From a virus, in the IMG/VR virus record IMGVR_UViG_3300001525_000125, positions 1 to 60,514 of that record: a DNA stretch of 60,514 nucleotides; one strand, given 5' to 3'. This document shows, piece after piece, positions 41,202 to 52,050 of the stretch. The translations under genes were made by a program, and so were the position numbers. The stretch's first letter is position 1; each line of letters starts with the position of its first letter. A model generated the notes under the pieces. It saw nothing but the letters and a program-made list of their open reading frames with translations. It did no database searches and was not told the DNA's origin.

Positions 41202-42011
41202 TCAAAACAATTTGTTATTAAGAATGAACATCTTATTAGCTTCAGTCAGACTAATTTTGTAACGCTTAGCATACATTTCAGTAAGCGCTTTGTTACAGGC
41301 ATTTATTAGCATGCTCTGAAGTGATTCATTTTTAGCATTCAAGCGCTTAATAGCAAGTTTGACATACTTGTTTATTCCTGAAAACGGTTTATTTTTCAAG
41401 TCAGCAATCTTATTAGTAAAATACGGATTGACAAAAGCCAAGTTAAACGCTGCATCCAACGCATCACGCTGTCTAGATGTTTTCATTTGCGCCTTAGCGG
41501 GCTGTATTATTCTATTCCTAACAATTTTAGTTAGTTCTTCAAATATTCTTTTTCTAGCTTTGTCTGAATTACCGATTACCCACTGTTCTAGATCATCGTC
41601 ATATTCAATGACTTGTTCAGCGATAGCTTTTTTGACAAATTTGTCAATTAGATCATTTATTTCGGGCAAAAGATCTTCATAATCTGCTTTACCCTGTTCT
41701 GCACGTGCCAAATACTTAGACACAGATTCGTCGTTAGCAGACTGTTTGCTTCTTGCACCAGTATACTTAGCCGGGCGCATAGGACCTTGTGCGATGTAAT
41801 CTTTGACAGGTTCTTCGTCTTCACCATAAGCTACTTTCGGAGAAACGTCTTCGATTGATTCATAGTCTTCATCGTCAACTTCAATTTTACGCCCATCTGG
41901 AAGTGTAGCATGAACTACTTTCTCAGAGAGTTGATGTATAGAGTCATCTTCATCAAAGAAACGAGAAGCGACTTTGTAAAGATACTTTTCTGCGAGCAGT
42001 TTTGTATTCAT
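41202..42011 (-). CDS. hypothetical protein
   Basis: ORF 269 aa. Confidence 0.6.
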   Translation of the reverse strand: MNTKLLAEKYLYKVASRFFDEDDSIHQLSEKVVHATLPDGRKIEVDDEDYESIEDVSPKVAYGEDEEPVKDYIAQGPMRPAKYTGARSKQSANDESVSKYLARAEQGKADYEDLLPEINDLIDKFVKKAIAEQVIEYDDDLEQWVIGNSDKARKRIFEELTKIVRNRIIQPAKAQMKTSRQRDALDAAFNLAFVNPYFTNKIADLKNKPFSGINKYVKLAIKRLNAKNESLQSMLINACNKALTEMYAKRYKISLTEANKMFILNNKLF

Positions 42012-42046
42012 AATAATGTATAACTCCTAATTTGCAAATAGTTATA

Positions 42047-43172
42047 TTATTTTATATATACTGGCAATTTATGGTTTTCAGCCATTTCGTACCAGTCTTT
42101 TTGAACTCGAGTCAATCTTTTCATTAGACTTTTATTAGAAAGTATAGCTTTTTTCTTTTCTTTGCAATTAGTTTCAGTTACTGTTACATATTTTATCAAA
42201 TCTTCATTGTCTTTGTATATGTGTTTGACTATATACTGTTCATAGTCGCTTTGTTCATCGAACAATACTATCGTATTATTCAAAGCGGCTATGTAAAGCA
42301 AAGGTGACACATATTTTCTATACGAATATGTTCTGTCATAATATATTACAAAATGTGCTTTAGCAAATAAGTCGATAATTGTGTTTTTGCGTTCAACTAG
42401 CTTATTTTGAAAATAGTCATTTGTCAAGTCTATGTTGTAAATATGTTCATTCTTGGCGTCTATTTCATAAAATTCATTTTCATATATGACAATGTTGACA
42501 TTTTCGTCTTTCTGAACACAGTTAGTGTTTTTGAAACTATAAGCGCACATCAATGCTATAGGCCAGTCATTCATGTCAAACTGTTCATATATTCCGTGTA
42601 TCTTTATGAATGTCTAGAATGATTCGTCTGTTGTTCAAGTATGGTTGTCCGCCGTTGACATAGAATAGCAGATCGAACTTCATAGCGACTTCTGAAAAAA
42701 GAACTTGTTGATTAGTCCAAGTGTCTGCAGAATCATGTTGAATGCTTTGTACATATTGTTCTATGTCATTGTAAACTTTTGTTATACTCTCTTCGATAGA
42801 GAGTTTTGTACAGTCACATATAAGCAAATGGTGATCTTTTTCAATCTGTTTAGCTACTTCTATAAATGTATCTTGATCACCTACATATGATAGTACTTTT
42901 TCATATTCTTCAGTATTTCTATTTTTCAACTGTTGTATAATTTCTTCTTTGCTTTTTATGATAAGAACAAATAGACACGACTGTCCGATATTGATTCAAA
43001 GAAATATGTCTATTGAACTTCTTAGCATATACTATGTCAGAAAGTTCACCTCTGTCTAACACAGATAGTCCGAATCCAATTGTATTTTTGTCTAAGTCCG
43101 TTTAGCGATAGTCGTCTTGCCTACACCATCACAACCTTCTAGCACGATATGTGTAATAATTTTGTTTTTCAT
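42047..43172 (-). CDS. Thymidylate kinase-like P-loop NTPase with C-terminal extension, four CGG +1 sites
   Basis: MKNKIITHIVLEGCDGVGKTTIAK-GLRQKYNWI-GLSVLDRGELSDIVYAKKFNRHISLNQY-GQSCLFVLIIKSKEEIIQQLKNRNTEEYEKVL...LDIHKDT-GIYEQFDMNDWPIALMCAY... Confidence 0.85.
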
Positions 43173-43187
43173 ACAGATATAATATAG

Positions 43188-43700
43188 TCAATTCTTGTTT
43201 AAGATGTCAATTCTGTCCTGTCTAGACAACAGTCTCTGATTGGTGCTGCCTCTAAATTTCAACATAACATTCTTCTGTGATTCTATGAATGGACCATCAA
43301 CTAGCATGTCGACATTTTCTAGAATCTTGTCAGTAACTCCATCTATGTACTTTCTTTGTCCTACTTGCAAGTCTCTTTCGAAGACATATCCAGTATATAG
43401 CCATACTGTCTTGTCTGTACGCTCTTGCTTGAACTTCTCTATAAGCCCGCACACTGTAGGCTGATTCTCTTGTTCCATCGGATCACCACCAAGTATAGTC
43501 AAACCTGAAATGTAAGATTTCTTGCAAGCTTCTATTATTTCATTTTCTTCGATTTCTGTAAAAGGCGCGCCATAGTCGAAGTTCCATGTGACTTCAGAAA
43601 AACAGCCTTTGCAATGATTTCTGCAACCAGACACAAACAATGACACTCTGACACCATCACCATCTGCCGTATCAATAAACTTGATGTTTCCGTAATTCAT
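43188..43700 (-). CDS. nrdG: Anaerobic ribonucleotide reductase activating protein
   Basis: SLFVSGCRNHCKGCFSEVTW radical-SAM CxxxCxxC motif; GGDPMEQEN. Confidence 0.9.
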   Translation of the reverse strand: MNYGNIKFIDTADGDGVRVSLFVSGCRNHCKGCFSEVTWNFDYGAPFTEIEENEIIEACKKSYISGLTILGGDPMEQENQPTVCGLIEKFKQERTDKTVWLYTGYVFERDLQVGQRKYIDGVTDKILENVDMLVDGPFIESQKNVMLKFRGSTNQRLLSRQDRIDILNKN

Positions 43701-43729
43701 AGAATATTTACAAATATAGTAAAGTTATG

Positions 43730-44786
43730 TCAAGTATACATTTTGCCAAACTGTTCAAGTGTCTCTATCTCGTCTTCAGACAATTTGAAATAGTCATAAA
43801 ACATTTCATCAGACCATTCATGCGAATAGTCGTTCATGAATGGCAACAAATGAGCAGCCACGTGCTGTCCATTTCTCGTCAAATAATTGCAATATTTCAT
43901 GAATTTAGTATTGCAGCTTTGATGCCAATTCTTGAATTCTTGATCAGTCATGCTGACTGGTTTCAACTTTTTGATTAGTCTATACTGAGGTGTTACCACG
44001 TCAAACTCTTTTTTTGTTCCTGGATTCCCATGTATAGTAGAAATCTTGATATGACTGTATAGATTGTCTATTTCTTTATTGTATACTTTCATAATAGTTT
44101 TGTCAAAAATACTTTTGACTTTGAGACTAGTCATGAACACTATTCTGCTATACACATCACTTTCAATAGTTTTGTCAATATAGTAAATTCCTACATTTTG
44201 AAAGAAAGCTGCGTCAAATATGGCTGAAGCTTCAGAAGCCGTTAACAGGTTTAAAGAAACGATGCGTCTAGATATTGTATTTTCAAATCTTTGATAAGTA
44301 GTCTTTTTTATAGACATTACTGCTGGCAGATCTAACAACCAGCCGACTGGACTTATGTTGACTGTTTTATCACAAACTTTAAGTACTTTTTCTATAATCT
44401 GCAAATGCAGTGTCTTATTATATGGCGGATTCATGATGCAGACATCAAACTTCATATCGTTCTCTTCGAGTAACTTATCTATATTCTTCCAGTCATTGAA
44501 TAGAATTGCAGTGTCGTCAGAACCATATTTCTCATTGTTGACCTTTTCAAGAAACTTGTCATATTTCTCTTTATTGTCTGTAATGTAAGTGACAGAATTG
44601 TTCAATGCGTACAATTCTGCGCAACTTTCTAACCGAATTACAAGAATCTTCTTATTTGCAATTGTAGCTACTTTCCGTTCAGTACCAAGAATAGGAAAGT
44701 CACAATCGAAAGGACTTGCCTACTTTCTCAATAAACTTGAGATCTAATACATCATTGTAATCAAGTTCAATATTCTCTTTCTTCAT
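43730..44786 (-). pseudogene. Decayed methyltransferase-like paralogue (NPPY)
   Basis: MKKENIELDYNDVLDLKFIEKVGKSF... interrupted by a 1-nt indel around 44715-44725, then NNSVTYITDNKEKYDKF...FDVCIMNPPYNK; two CGG codons align with Arg in the paralogue. Confidence 0.6.
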
Positions 44787-44880
44787 AATGTAATTCCTTT
44801 ATTTTGGTTTATTACAATATAATAAAAATCACCAGACAGTAAACTGTCTGGTGTCATTGTTTACAAAGATTTACATATTG

Positions 44881-45396
44881 TCAATAATCTCTGTTATGCC
44901 ATGTTGTCACATAGTCAGTGTAATCACTTTCTTCTTTACTTCTTATTATTTCGTCTGCGTGATCATTTATCCATTCTTCTGCATATTGTTTAGCTGACTT
45001 CTTACAAGAGTTCAGCACAACATTATACTCTTCATCTGTCAAGCTAAGCATCTGCTTAAACTGTTCTTCGCTGACAATTTTGTCATTGACTTTTAGTTTT
45101 ATGACTTCAAGATCGATGTCGAATTCTGTCAATTCCGTTCCACCTTCCTCATAAGTAGCGTATGTTGAACCAAACGGCACAATTGTAGCTTCACGATCTT
45201 CAAACTTTATGTCACCAAAATCAATTTCAAACACGATGTCTGCACCGTCATCTGTTGGTTCTGCGTCACGCATTTCACAAATGCATTCCATAGCGTTGAC
45301 GGTCACTGTTCCACAAAGCTGTTTTGCACTAAGATCATCTTCTAGTACTTCAGCATCATATTGTTCATTATCTGTAATAGATTCGCTAAGCAGCAT
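44881..45396 (-). CDS. hypothetical acidic protein
   Basis: ORF 171 aa. Confidence 0.6.
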   Translation of the reverse strand: MLLSESITDNEQYDAEVLEDDLSAKQLCGTVTVNAMECICEMRDAEPTDDGADIVFEIDFGDIKFEDREATIVPFGSTYATYEEGGTELTEFDIDLEVIKLKVNDKIVSEEQFKQMLSLTDEEYNVVLNSCKKSAKQYAEEWINDHADEIIRSKEESDYTDYVTTWHNRDY

Positions 45397-45442
45397 ATAG
45401 ACACCTCAATATTAATATAGTATAGTATATATTTGCAAAAGT

Positions 45443-46307
45443 CTATCTATTTGATAAAGTTGTCATTCCGTTCGCTTGTTCGTATGCTTTGTTTTCTTCT
45501 GCAATCATCTTTGCGGTAATTTGTTCAATCAATTGATACTCTGAATACAGCGTATCATCTGTAACTTGGTAGTTTGTGTATTTAGCTATGCTAAGTATAG
45601 ATCTTAACAAGTTTCTGATGTCTATCTTGCCCAGCAAATCTTGTTCATCGAAATGCCACTTTAGGTTTATAGTATGACCGCAGTGCTGACATGTTACCGG
45701 CAGTTCTTCCTGGATTCCACATTTCATTTCGTTGACTAAGCTCAACAATCTTACATAACTGTATGCATCAAGCTGCAATACCGTAGCACACGCTAGTTCT
45801 GCTGAACCAAATACACCTACTAGATTGCTGTAGTTCAACATTCTTGACAATTCTAGGTCTTTTAGATTGTAGACTGGATCACATGTCTTTGGTGGACGCA
45901 CAGTAACGGGCTTGTCAAATACTTTCGTTTGAACAGAAAACGAAGAAATTTCATCCAGCTGCAGTTCAGAAAGTTTTATGTCAAATGTTGCAGGCTGTCC
46001 ACAGTTTTCACACTTCTCGATCTTAAACTTGAATGCGTTATCTGCAGCAACGAATGATCCAGATCTAATGTAGAATATCAAGTAGTCTCTGTCTGCGACA
46101 TACAGGTCGTTAAATGACAGATTTGTGAACTTAATGCATCTTTTGACAATCTGATCAAGAATATGCCTAGCATTATTTTCATCGAGCATAGCAAGAAGCT
46201 TAGCATCGCCGCACAGTAAGCATTCTTGCTTCTATCTTTGCATTTTCTGGATAAGCTAGACATTTAGTCGGAAAGAATGACTTGTCTATTTCTACATAGT
46301 TGAACAT
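45443..46307 (-). CDS. CxxC zinc-knuckle baseplate-assembly-like protein, one CGG +1 site
   Basis: MFNYVEIDKSFFPTKCLAYPENAKIEARMLTV-GDAKLLAMLDENNARHILDQIVKRC...CENCGQ...CQHCGH. Confidence 0.65.
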
Positions 46308-46317
46308 GTTTTATGTA

Positions 46318-47625
46318 TTATACGTCGCGTTTGTCTTCATAGACCGCTTTCAGCACCGGAAAACGAAGACTCCATAATCCAGATTGATCTTGTGTAGGCT
46401 CAAAGTATTTGACTGTGATAGTCTTGCCAATGATGTGTTCAGGATGTGCATACCAGTCTTTACGTTGTTCTTTGCTCAATCCAGAACCGACATTGACTTT
46501 ACAGCCTTTATATTCGATTATCAACGACTTTACACCAATATACTTGACATTTCCTTTGCCTGGCTCTGCTGTAGTCATTTCAGAAATTTCTACATCTTTT
46601 ACTACCCATTCTGCGTCTAAAAACTTTTTGACCTTCAATAAAGTCTTCAACCTGCCAGTCTTGAATTCTTCATTTTTTCGCAACATGAAGCCTTCCCAGT
46701 TTCCAGTGGCTACATATCCAGACCATTTGTCAAAGTCTTCTTGACTGTGTAAGACTTCTTGTTTTAACACTTTCAATGTCTTGAACGCGTTTCCTTCAAT
46801 CATGTCAAGCATGTGTCGATAACGCTTGTCAAAATTTGCAGACTTAGTCTTTCCTAGAAACTCGTCTTCTGTAACAAAGTCAAACAACTGATAGCACGGA
46901 TTAGCAATAGTCCAGTCTTTGCGCCTGATTTCTTTCAAAATAGACTGAAAGTCTTCATTTTCATTATCGTCTACTATGCATCCTTCTCCGTCAGCATAAT
47001 ATGTACCATCATGTTCGTTTCTAACTAACCACTGTAGTGCTGGAATGACATTGTTTAGCGTTGTAATAGGCTTGCCCTGTCGAGAAATGAACTCTACAGA
47101 AACATCATTGTTTCGCTTGACAATCTTAGCAACAGTTCTAATTCCATCACACTTGCGGCTAGCAAACCATGTTCCATCTACTGGATTTACACCCTTTACA
47201 CTCTCTAGATGACAAGCAAGTGTTACTTCGAAAGGCTTACTGCTAGTCAATCCTGTGAGCTTCTTAAACGATGTAAATGAAAAACCAATAGTAAGCTTCT
47301 TGTTCAAGATAGATTTCAGAATGTTTTGATCTTCTTTTACAAAACTTTCAATACAAGCTACTACAGACATTATTGCTGTATTTCCCGTCAAGTTTCTGCT
47401 AGCTAGCTCTTGCAATAGACTATGAAACACAGAATAGTCATCGTCTATCGTCTTTGTTCCAGAATTATTGATTTCGAACTTGTGTACACCATACTTTATC
47501 TGCGGATCATAACAGTCAAGATAGATCTGTTTGATAGTGTCATTTAGGTTTAGCTGCATAATAACTGTCTTATCAGTCATTCCAGCAGCATGTTCGATCT
47601 TTTCAAAAATTTCATGAATCTTCAT
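46318..47625 (-). CDS. ATP-dependent DNA ligase (T4 gp30-like)
   Basis: WFASRKCDGIRTV (KxDG), YYADGEGC, ...EGFMLRKNEEFKTGR, SLIIEYKG. Confidence 0.9.
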   Translation of the reverse strand: MKIHEIFEKIEHAAGMTDKTVIMQLNLNDTIKQIYLDCYDPQIKYGVHKFEINNSGTKTIDDDYSVFHSLLQELASRNLTGNTAIMSVVACIESFVKEDQNILKSILNKKLTIGFSFTSFKKLTGLTSSKPFEVTLACHLESVKGVNPVDGTWFASRKCDGIRTVAKIVKRNNDVSVEFISRQGKPITTLNNVIPALQWLVRNEHDGTYYADGEGCIVDDNENEDFQSILKEIRRKDWTIANPCYQLFDFVTEDEFLGKTKSANFDKRYRHMLDMIEGNAFKTLKVLKQEVLHSQEDFDKWSGYVATGNWEGFMLRKNEEFKTGRLKTLLKVKKFLDAEWVVKDVEISEMTTAEPGKGNVKYIGVKSLIIEYKGCKVNVGSGLSKEQRKDWYAHPEHIIGKTITVKYFEPTQDQSGLWSLRFPVLKAVYEDKRDV

Positions 47626-47886
47626 AATTACAATATAGTAAAGTTAATTGTTCAATTTCTTCTTTAGTTAATTCAAAATAGTTGTATAAGTCTTATTCAG
47701 TCCAATGTTTGTTAAAGTCTAATGCTGGAACAAACTGCCATGGCGCTCTTTGATTTGCTCTTGACAGTCTTGCATATCCGTGACATTACTCTACTGTTTA
47801 AGTAGTCAAAACAATTCTTTGCTTGCTTAGCAGTATCAAAGAAAATGACCTTGTTAGTATTAGTTTCTCTTGGCTTAATGAACAGT

Positions 47887-48156
47887 TTAACATGTGTAGA
47901 TTGCTAAATTACCAGCAAAATCTATGTCAAACAATTCATTCGAATTATTGACTACTTCTAAATCAACTATATGTTTGCTCACCGAACTCTCAAACTTATA
48001 ATAACTGCTGTTCTTCTTATGTTTAGCAAACGGGTCTTGCAACCAACGAACTGGATTTATACTAACACAAAAGTTTGTATAACGTAAAACTTTTGACAAT
48101 ATCTATAAATGCGAATCATAAACATATGGTGGATTTATGATACAGATATTAAACAT
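47887..48156 (-). pseudogene. Remnant of a methyltransferase-like paralogue
   Basis: MFNICIINPPYVYDSHL*ILSKVLRYTNFCVSINPVRWLQDPFAKHKK; TAG where paralogues have CAG (HLQI). Confidence 0.65.
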
Positions 48157-48280
48157 TTTATTCACAAATTGCAATATAAAAAGTAAGGCAAGACGCGTGA
48201 ACATCTTGCCAACTAAGGATCGATTACTTAGCTGTCCTTTTTGTTAAATATGCGTCTTTCTATTCTTTATGTCAGCAAGT

Positions 48281-50440
48281 CTACCGCTGATTTACTGAAT
48301 TTCCAGACGAAAGATACCCACAAACTCTCACTACACAAGTAAGTTTTGACAAGTCTTCATTTCCACAGTTGTTGCAATGCCAACGAAGCTTCTTGTTTTC
48401 GTCTTCAACAAGTACTACATTTCCATCAGTGTTACAGCTAGAACAATGACAAGATCCAGAATTGTTGATCTCGCAGTACACTATGTTGTCATAAATGTAT
48501 TTGATTATCGTAAGAATAGCTTCTTTGTTTTGTGTCACTGGTGCTTCAATGTACGAAATTGCTCCACCAGTAGAATACTTTTGAAACTCTGTTTCAATGT
48601 CAATCTTCTTGAAAGCATCCATTCCGTCTTCAAGACCAAACCATACAGGTACATGATAACTGTTTGTCACAAAGTTTTTGTCTGTTATGCCTGGAATATT
48701 GCCGAACGCTTTTTGTAATGACAAACTAAATTTCAATGTCACGCTCTCTTCAGGTGTACCGTACAAACTGTACCCAATATGCTCAATTGAATCCCACATT
48801 TCACAAGATTCTTTAAGTTTTTTCATAATTTTGACAGCGAGTTCATGCCCATTTTCATCCCATATATTCTTGCCTGTCAATACTTTGACAGTTTCCCAAA
48901 GTCCAACATAACCTAATGACAATGTTGTATATCCACCAACTAGCAATCTGTCAATAGTTTCACCTGGCTTAAGTCTTGCTAATGCGCCGTGTTGCCAAAG
49001 CAAAGGTGCTACATCAGACTTTACACCAACAAGATGTTCATGTCTAAGACGCAGCGCTCTATGGCAAAGTTCGAGCTTTTCACTAAGCATATACCAGAAC
49101 TTTTCAAGATTTGGCTTACCGTCTTTGTTTCTAGATTCAAGCGCAACATATGGCAAATTTAATGTCACAACACCTTTGTTCGCTCGCCCATAAAATTTAG
49201 TTTCTTTGGTCTTCGGATCTTGCCATACAGACAAAATTGAACGACATCCCATTGTTGGAAAGCAATAGCCTTTGCCTTTCTTGTCTTTCTTCCATGACTT
49301 CATTATCTTTTCAGAAATGTAGTCGGGCACCATACGCTTCATGGTGCATTCTGCAGCAAGTTCTGTAAGATAATAGTATTTAGATTCTAAGTGAATGTTG
49401 TCTTCTTCTAGAATGTAAAGCAACTTAGGAAATGCTTGTGTGATAGGTTCACCTTTTTCATTTTCAATTCCATCAATGCGTTGACGCAGTGTTTCTTCGA
49501 TGATCAACGCCAAATCATTCTTTGTCTGTTCATCAGAAACTTCACCGAGATACATACACACAGATACAAATGGAGTTTGTCCATTAGACGTAGAAATTGT
49601 ATTAAGCTGATAGTTAAGTGTCTTGATACCGTCTTTGATGTCTTTAATCGTTTCTTGTTCAATCAATTGCTTAAGTTCATCTTCAGATAACTTATTAATG
49701 ATTTCAGCATTGTGTTCTTTATGAAATTTCAATAATTCTTCACGTGTCTTTTGTACAAACGGTGCAAGATGCGACAAGGTGAAAGTCTGTCCACCATATT
49801 GAGAACTAGCCACGATTGCAGAAATTTGTGATGTGACAGTAGCAGCTTTTGAAAACATGTGAATGTCATGAATCTTCTTATTGTTAATTACTGTACCGTT
49901 CTGCAACATGTCTTCTAGATTTATTAGACAGCAATTACTAATAGGTTGCGCAAAGTAGTCTGTGTCATGAAAATGAATGATTCCATCAGCGTGCGCTTTA
50001 GAAATGTCAGCTGGTATAAGATAACGCTTAGCTATATCTTTGGACACTTCACCAGCAATATAGTCTCTTTGTGTAGAAACGATCGTAGGATTCTTGTTAG
50101 CATTTTCTTGCTGAACTTCCTCATTGTTGTCAGACAATAAAGAAAGAATTTTGTCGTCAGTGGTGTTCTTTCTATTGTCAAGATACTTTCTGTATCGGTA
50201 TGTAATGTATTCAGTAGCCACGGCATATTTTCCAGCAGCCATTATAGAATGTTCAACTATTTCTTGAATGTCACCAGAATTTACAACATGTATTTCCTGC
50301 TTGCATCTGTTCTCAATGTCTTTTACTATTTCTTTAATTTCATTTGTTGTAAATCTGTCATCTAGTCTTACTTTTTCATTTGCTCTTGAAATAGCTTCTA
50401 TAATATTCTTCTTGTTAAAGTCTACTTCAGAACCGGTCAC
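48281..50440 (-). CDS. nrdD: Anaerobic ribonucleoside-triphosphate reductase
   Basis: Glycyl-radical C-terminus CVVRVCGYLSS, CHCSSCNTDG zinc motif, 719 aa, NrdG nearby. Confidence 0.95.
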   Translation of the reverse strand: MTGSEVDFNKKNIIEAISRANEKVRLDDRFTTNEIKEIVKDIENRCKQEIHVVNSGDIQEIVEHSIMAAGKYAVATEYITYRYRKYLDNRKNTTDDKILSLLSDNNEEVQQENANKNPTIVSTQRDYIAGEVSKDIAKRYLIPADISKAHADGIIHFHDTDYFAQPISNCCLINLEDMLQNGTVINNKKIHDIHMFSKAATVTSQISAIVASSQYGGQTFTLSHLAPFVQKTREELLKFHKEHNAEIINKLSEDELKQLIEQETIKDIKDGIKTLNYQLNTISTSNGQTPFVSVCMYLGEVSDEQTKNDLALIIEETLRQRIDGIENEKGEPITQAFPKLLYILEEDNIHLESKYYYLTELAAECTMKRMVPDYISEKIMKSWKKDKKGKGYCFPTMGCRSILSVWQDPKTKETKFYGRANKGVVTLNLPYVALESRNKDGKPNLEKFWYMLSEKLELCHRALRLRHEHLVGVKSDVAPLLWQHGALARLKPGETIDRLLVGGYTTLSLGYVGLWETVKVLTGKNIWDENGHELAVKIMKKLKESCEMWDSIEHIGYSLYGTPEESVTLKFSLSLQKAFGNIPGITDKNFVTNSYHVPVWFGLEDGMDAFKKIDIETEFQKYSTGGAISYIEAPVTQNKEAILTIIKYIYDNIVYCEINNSGSCHCSSCNTDGNVVLVEDENKKLRWHCNNCGNEDLSKLTCVVRVCGYLSSGNSVNQR

Positions 50441-50599
50441 GCTTACGAATCTTCATACTTCCTCTTATACTTTCAATCGATAATTCTATTTATCGAATTA
50501 TGACAAAAGTAACACATTAAGTCTACACTAAAACAAGTATCATTAAGATACTTGTTCAAATTTTCTATGACAATATAGTAAAATATAATTGTTTGCTTA

Positions 50600-51088
50600 T
50601 TACATTACTATTCCTAGTTCTTTTTCTGTCAATACCTTGAAGATGAAACCGTTCTTATAGCAATAGTCTCTAGCAGCAGTCCATTTCTCATTGTTTCTCT
50701 CTATTACTTTACAGCGTTCTTGCCATGAAGCAAGACGTTTCTGTGTAGGTCTTTTTGGTGGTTTCGGCATTATTACGTTGCCATTCTCATCAAGTCTAGC
50801 AGTCTGACTTTCTGGCTTTACTTCTATGATGAACTTCTTGACAGATCCATCACGGCACTTAGTAATCATCACAAAGTCTGTAATGTAAGTGTGGGTCTTG
50901 CCATCTTGTCTACTGTAGTATGGTATCTTGACTATCTCAGATCCATAAGCTAACACATTCTCTTGTTCATCACAGAAACTGCAAAGTCTTCTTTCCCATG
51001 AACTACGAAAAGTAATCGGTTTAGCGTCAGGAATCTTGCCGATTGTAGTTGAAGCATTTGTCAGGATTTTTCGGGACAAATGTTCCAT
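50600..51088 (-). CDS. Head completion protein/endonuclease (T4 gp4-like)
   Basis: ITFRSSWERRLCSFCDEQENVLAYGSE...THTYITDFVM...KKFIIEVKP. Confidence 0.8.
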   Translation of the reverse strand: MEHLSRKILTNASTTIGKIPDAKPITFRSSWERRLCSFCDEQENVLAYGSEIVKIPYYSRQDGKTHTYITDFVMITKCRDGSVKKFIIEVKPESQTARLDENGNVIMPKPPKRPTQKRLASWQERCKVIERNNEKWTAARDYCYKNGFIFKVLTEKELGIVM

Positions 51089-51119
51089 TTATGTAGTCTT
51101 TGGAAAATATTGACATTGC

Positions 51120-51755
51120 CTATTTCTGTTCAGTATTCTCTTGTTTCTTTGGAGTTATGTCAAGATACTTAGCTGCACCTTTGAACTTGTCAAGATACTT
51201 TTTAGCAAGTTCATATGTGATAGGAGCTACAAGAATGCCATTTTTTAGAACCGGAGTAATACATCTATCCAAAAAGCTATTTAGCTTTGTCAAAGCTTTG
51301 TTGACTATACCGTCAGTATCTTCTGTCTTTCCACAAATGTATATCTTTCCTTCTTCAAGATTCATATACAAGAAATACTTTCTCACTGACTTGTCGGACT
51401 TGTTTCTTTCATCTGCGTCGATGTCAGATTTCTGAGTTGACTTTTCACTGGCTCCAACTTGCTTTGTAATTTCAGTATTTTCATCTTCTTTGAGCAATAT
51501 AGTTTTAGTGAAAGTCTCTATGCTTTCATCAATCTCGTTCTCTATGCTGTTAGCTCTGTCAATCTCTTCTTTGATTAGATCACCGAAAACACGTACTATC
51601 TTAGGTATGCTGTACCTCAACTGATCAGATACGTAATTTACACACTCAAAAAAGTTCGTCTTCTTGTTGGACATCTTTTGCATAGCTATGTAGTCGGATA
51701 TGCTATCTAATGCTTTGTCTGTAAAAGCGTTTTCAGTCATTTTTCTAGTCTTCAT
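51120..51755 (-). CDS. hypothetical protein
   Basis: ORF 211 aa. Confidence 0.6.
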   Translation of the reverse strand: MKTRKMTENAFTDKALDSISDYIAMQKMSNKKTNFFECVNYVSDQLRYSIPKIVRVFGDLIKEEIDRANSIENEIDESIETFTKTILLKEDENTEITKQVGASEKSTQKSDIDADERNKSDKSVRKYFLYMNLEEGKIYICGKTEDTDGIVNKALTKLNSFLDRCITPVLKNGILVAPITYELAKKYLDKFKGAAKYLDITPKKQENTEQK

Positions 51756-51975
51756 ATATGTTCAGCCTTTTCAAAAATGTTATTATCTTATTGACGTCGT
51801 TTTGTCTAGCTGTGGCGTTTAGCCAGTTCCAGACTAGTCCAAGTTGTTCGTCTTTCTTGTCAATGTCTTCAATTGTCACATGCCCGTGTTTTACAAGATT
51901 GTCTATCACGTAAATCAAGAATCTCTTAGAAGCAGAGTCTTTGAAAGCAGAAATTGGTGTCTCGTTCAATAGCAT
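51745..51975 (-). CDS. hypothetical protein
   Basis: ORF 76 aa. Confidence 0.5.
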   Translation of the reverse strand: MLLNETPISAFKDSASKRFLIYVIDNLVKHGHVTIEDIDKKDEQLGLVWNWLNATARQNDVNKIITFLKRLNIYED

Positions 51976-52050
51976 ATAATTTATTTATTCATAAAATACA
52001 AAAAATCCTGGCTTTTCAGCCAGGATTGAAACTGTAATGTAAATTATAGT

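Noticed and set aside
43730-44786. Apparent +1 shift at TTT CGA T in the second methyltransferase-like copy
   Set aside because: Alignment with the 837-1829 paralogue is explained better by one extra A in ggcaAgt (restoring GSPFD); CGA is read as Arg in frame elsewhere (gyrase A, sigma). Treated as an indel in a decayed gene, not part of the CGG rule.
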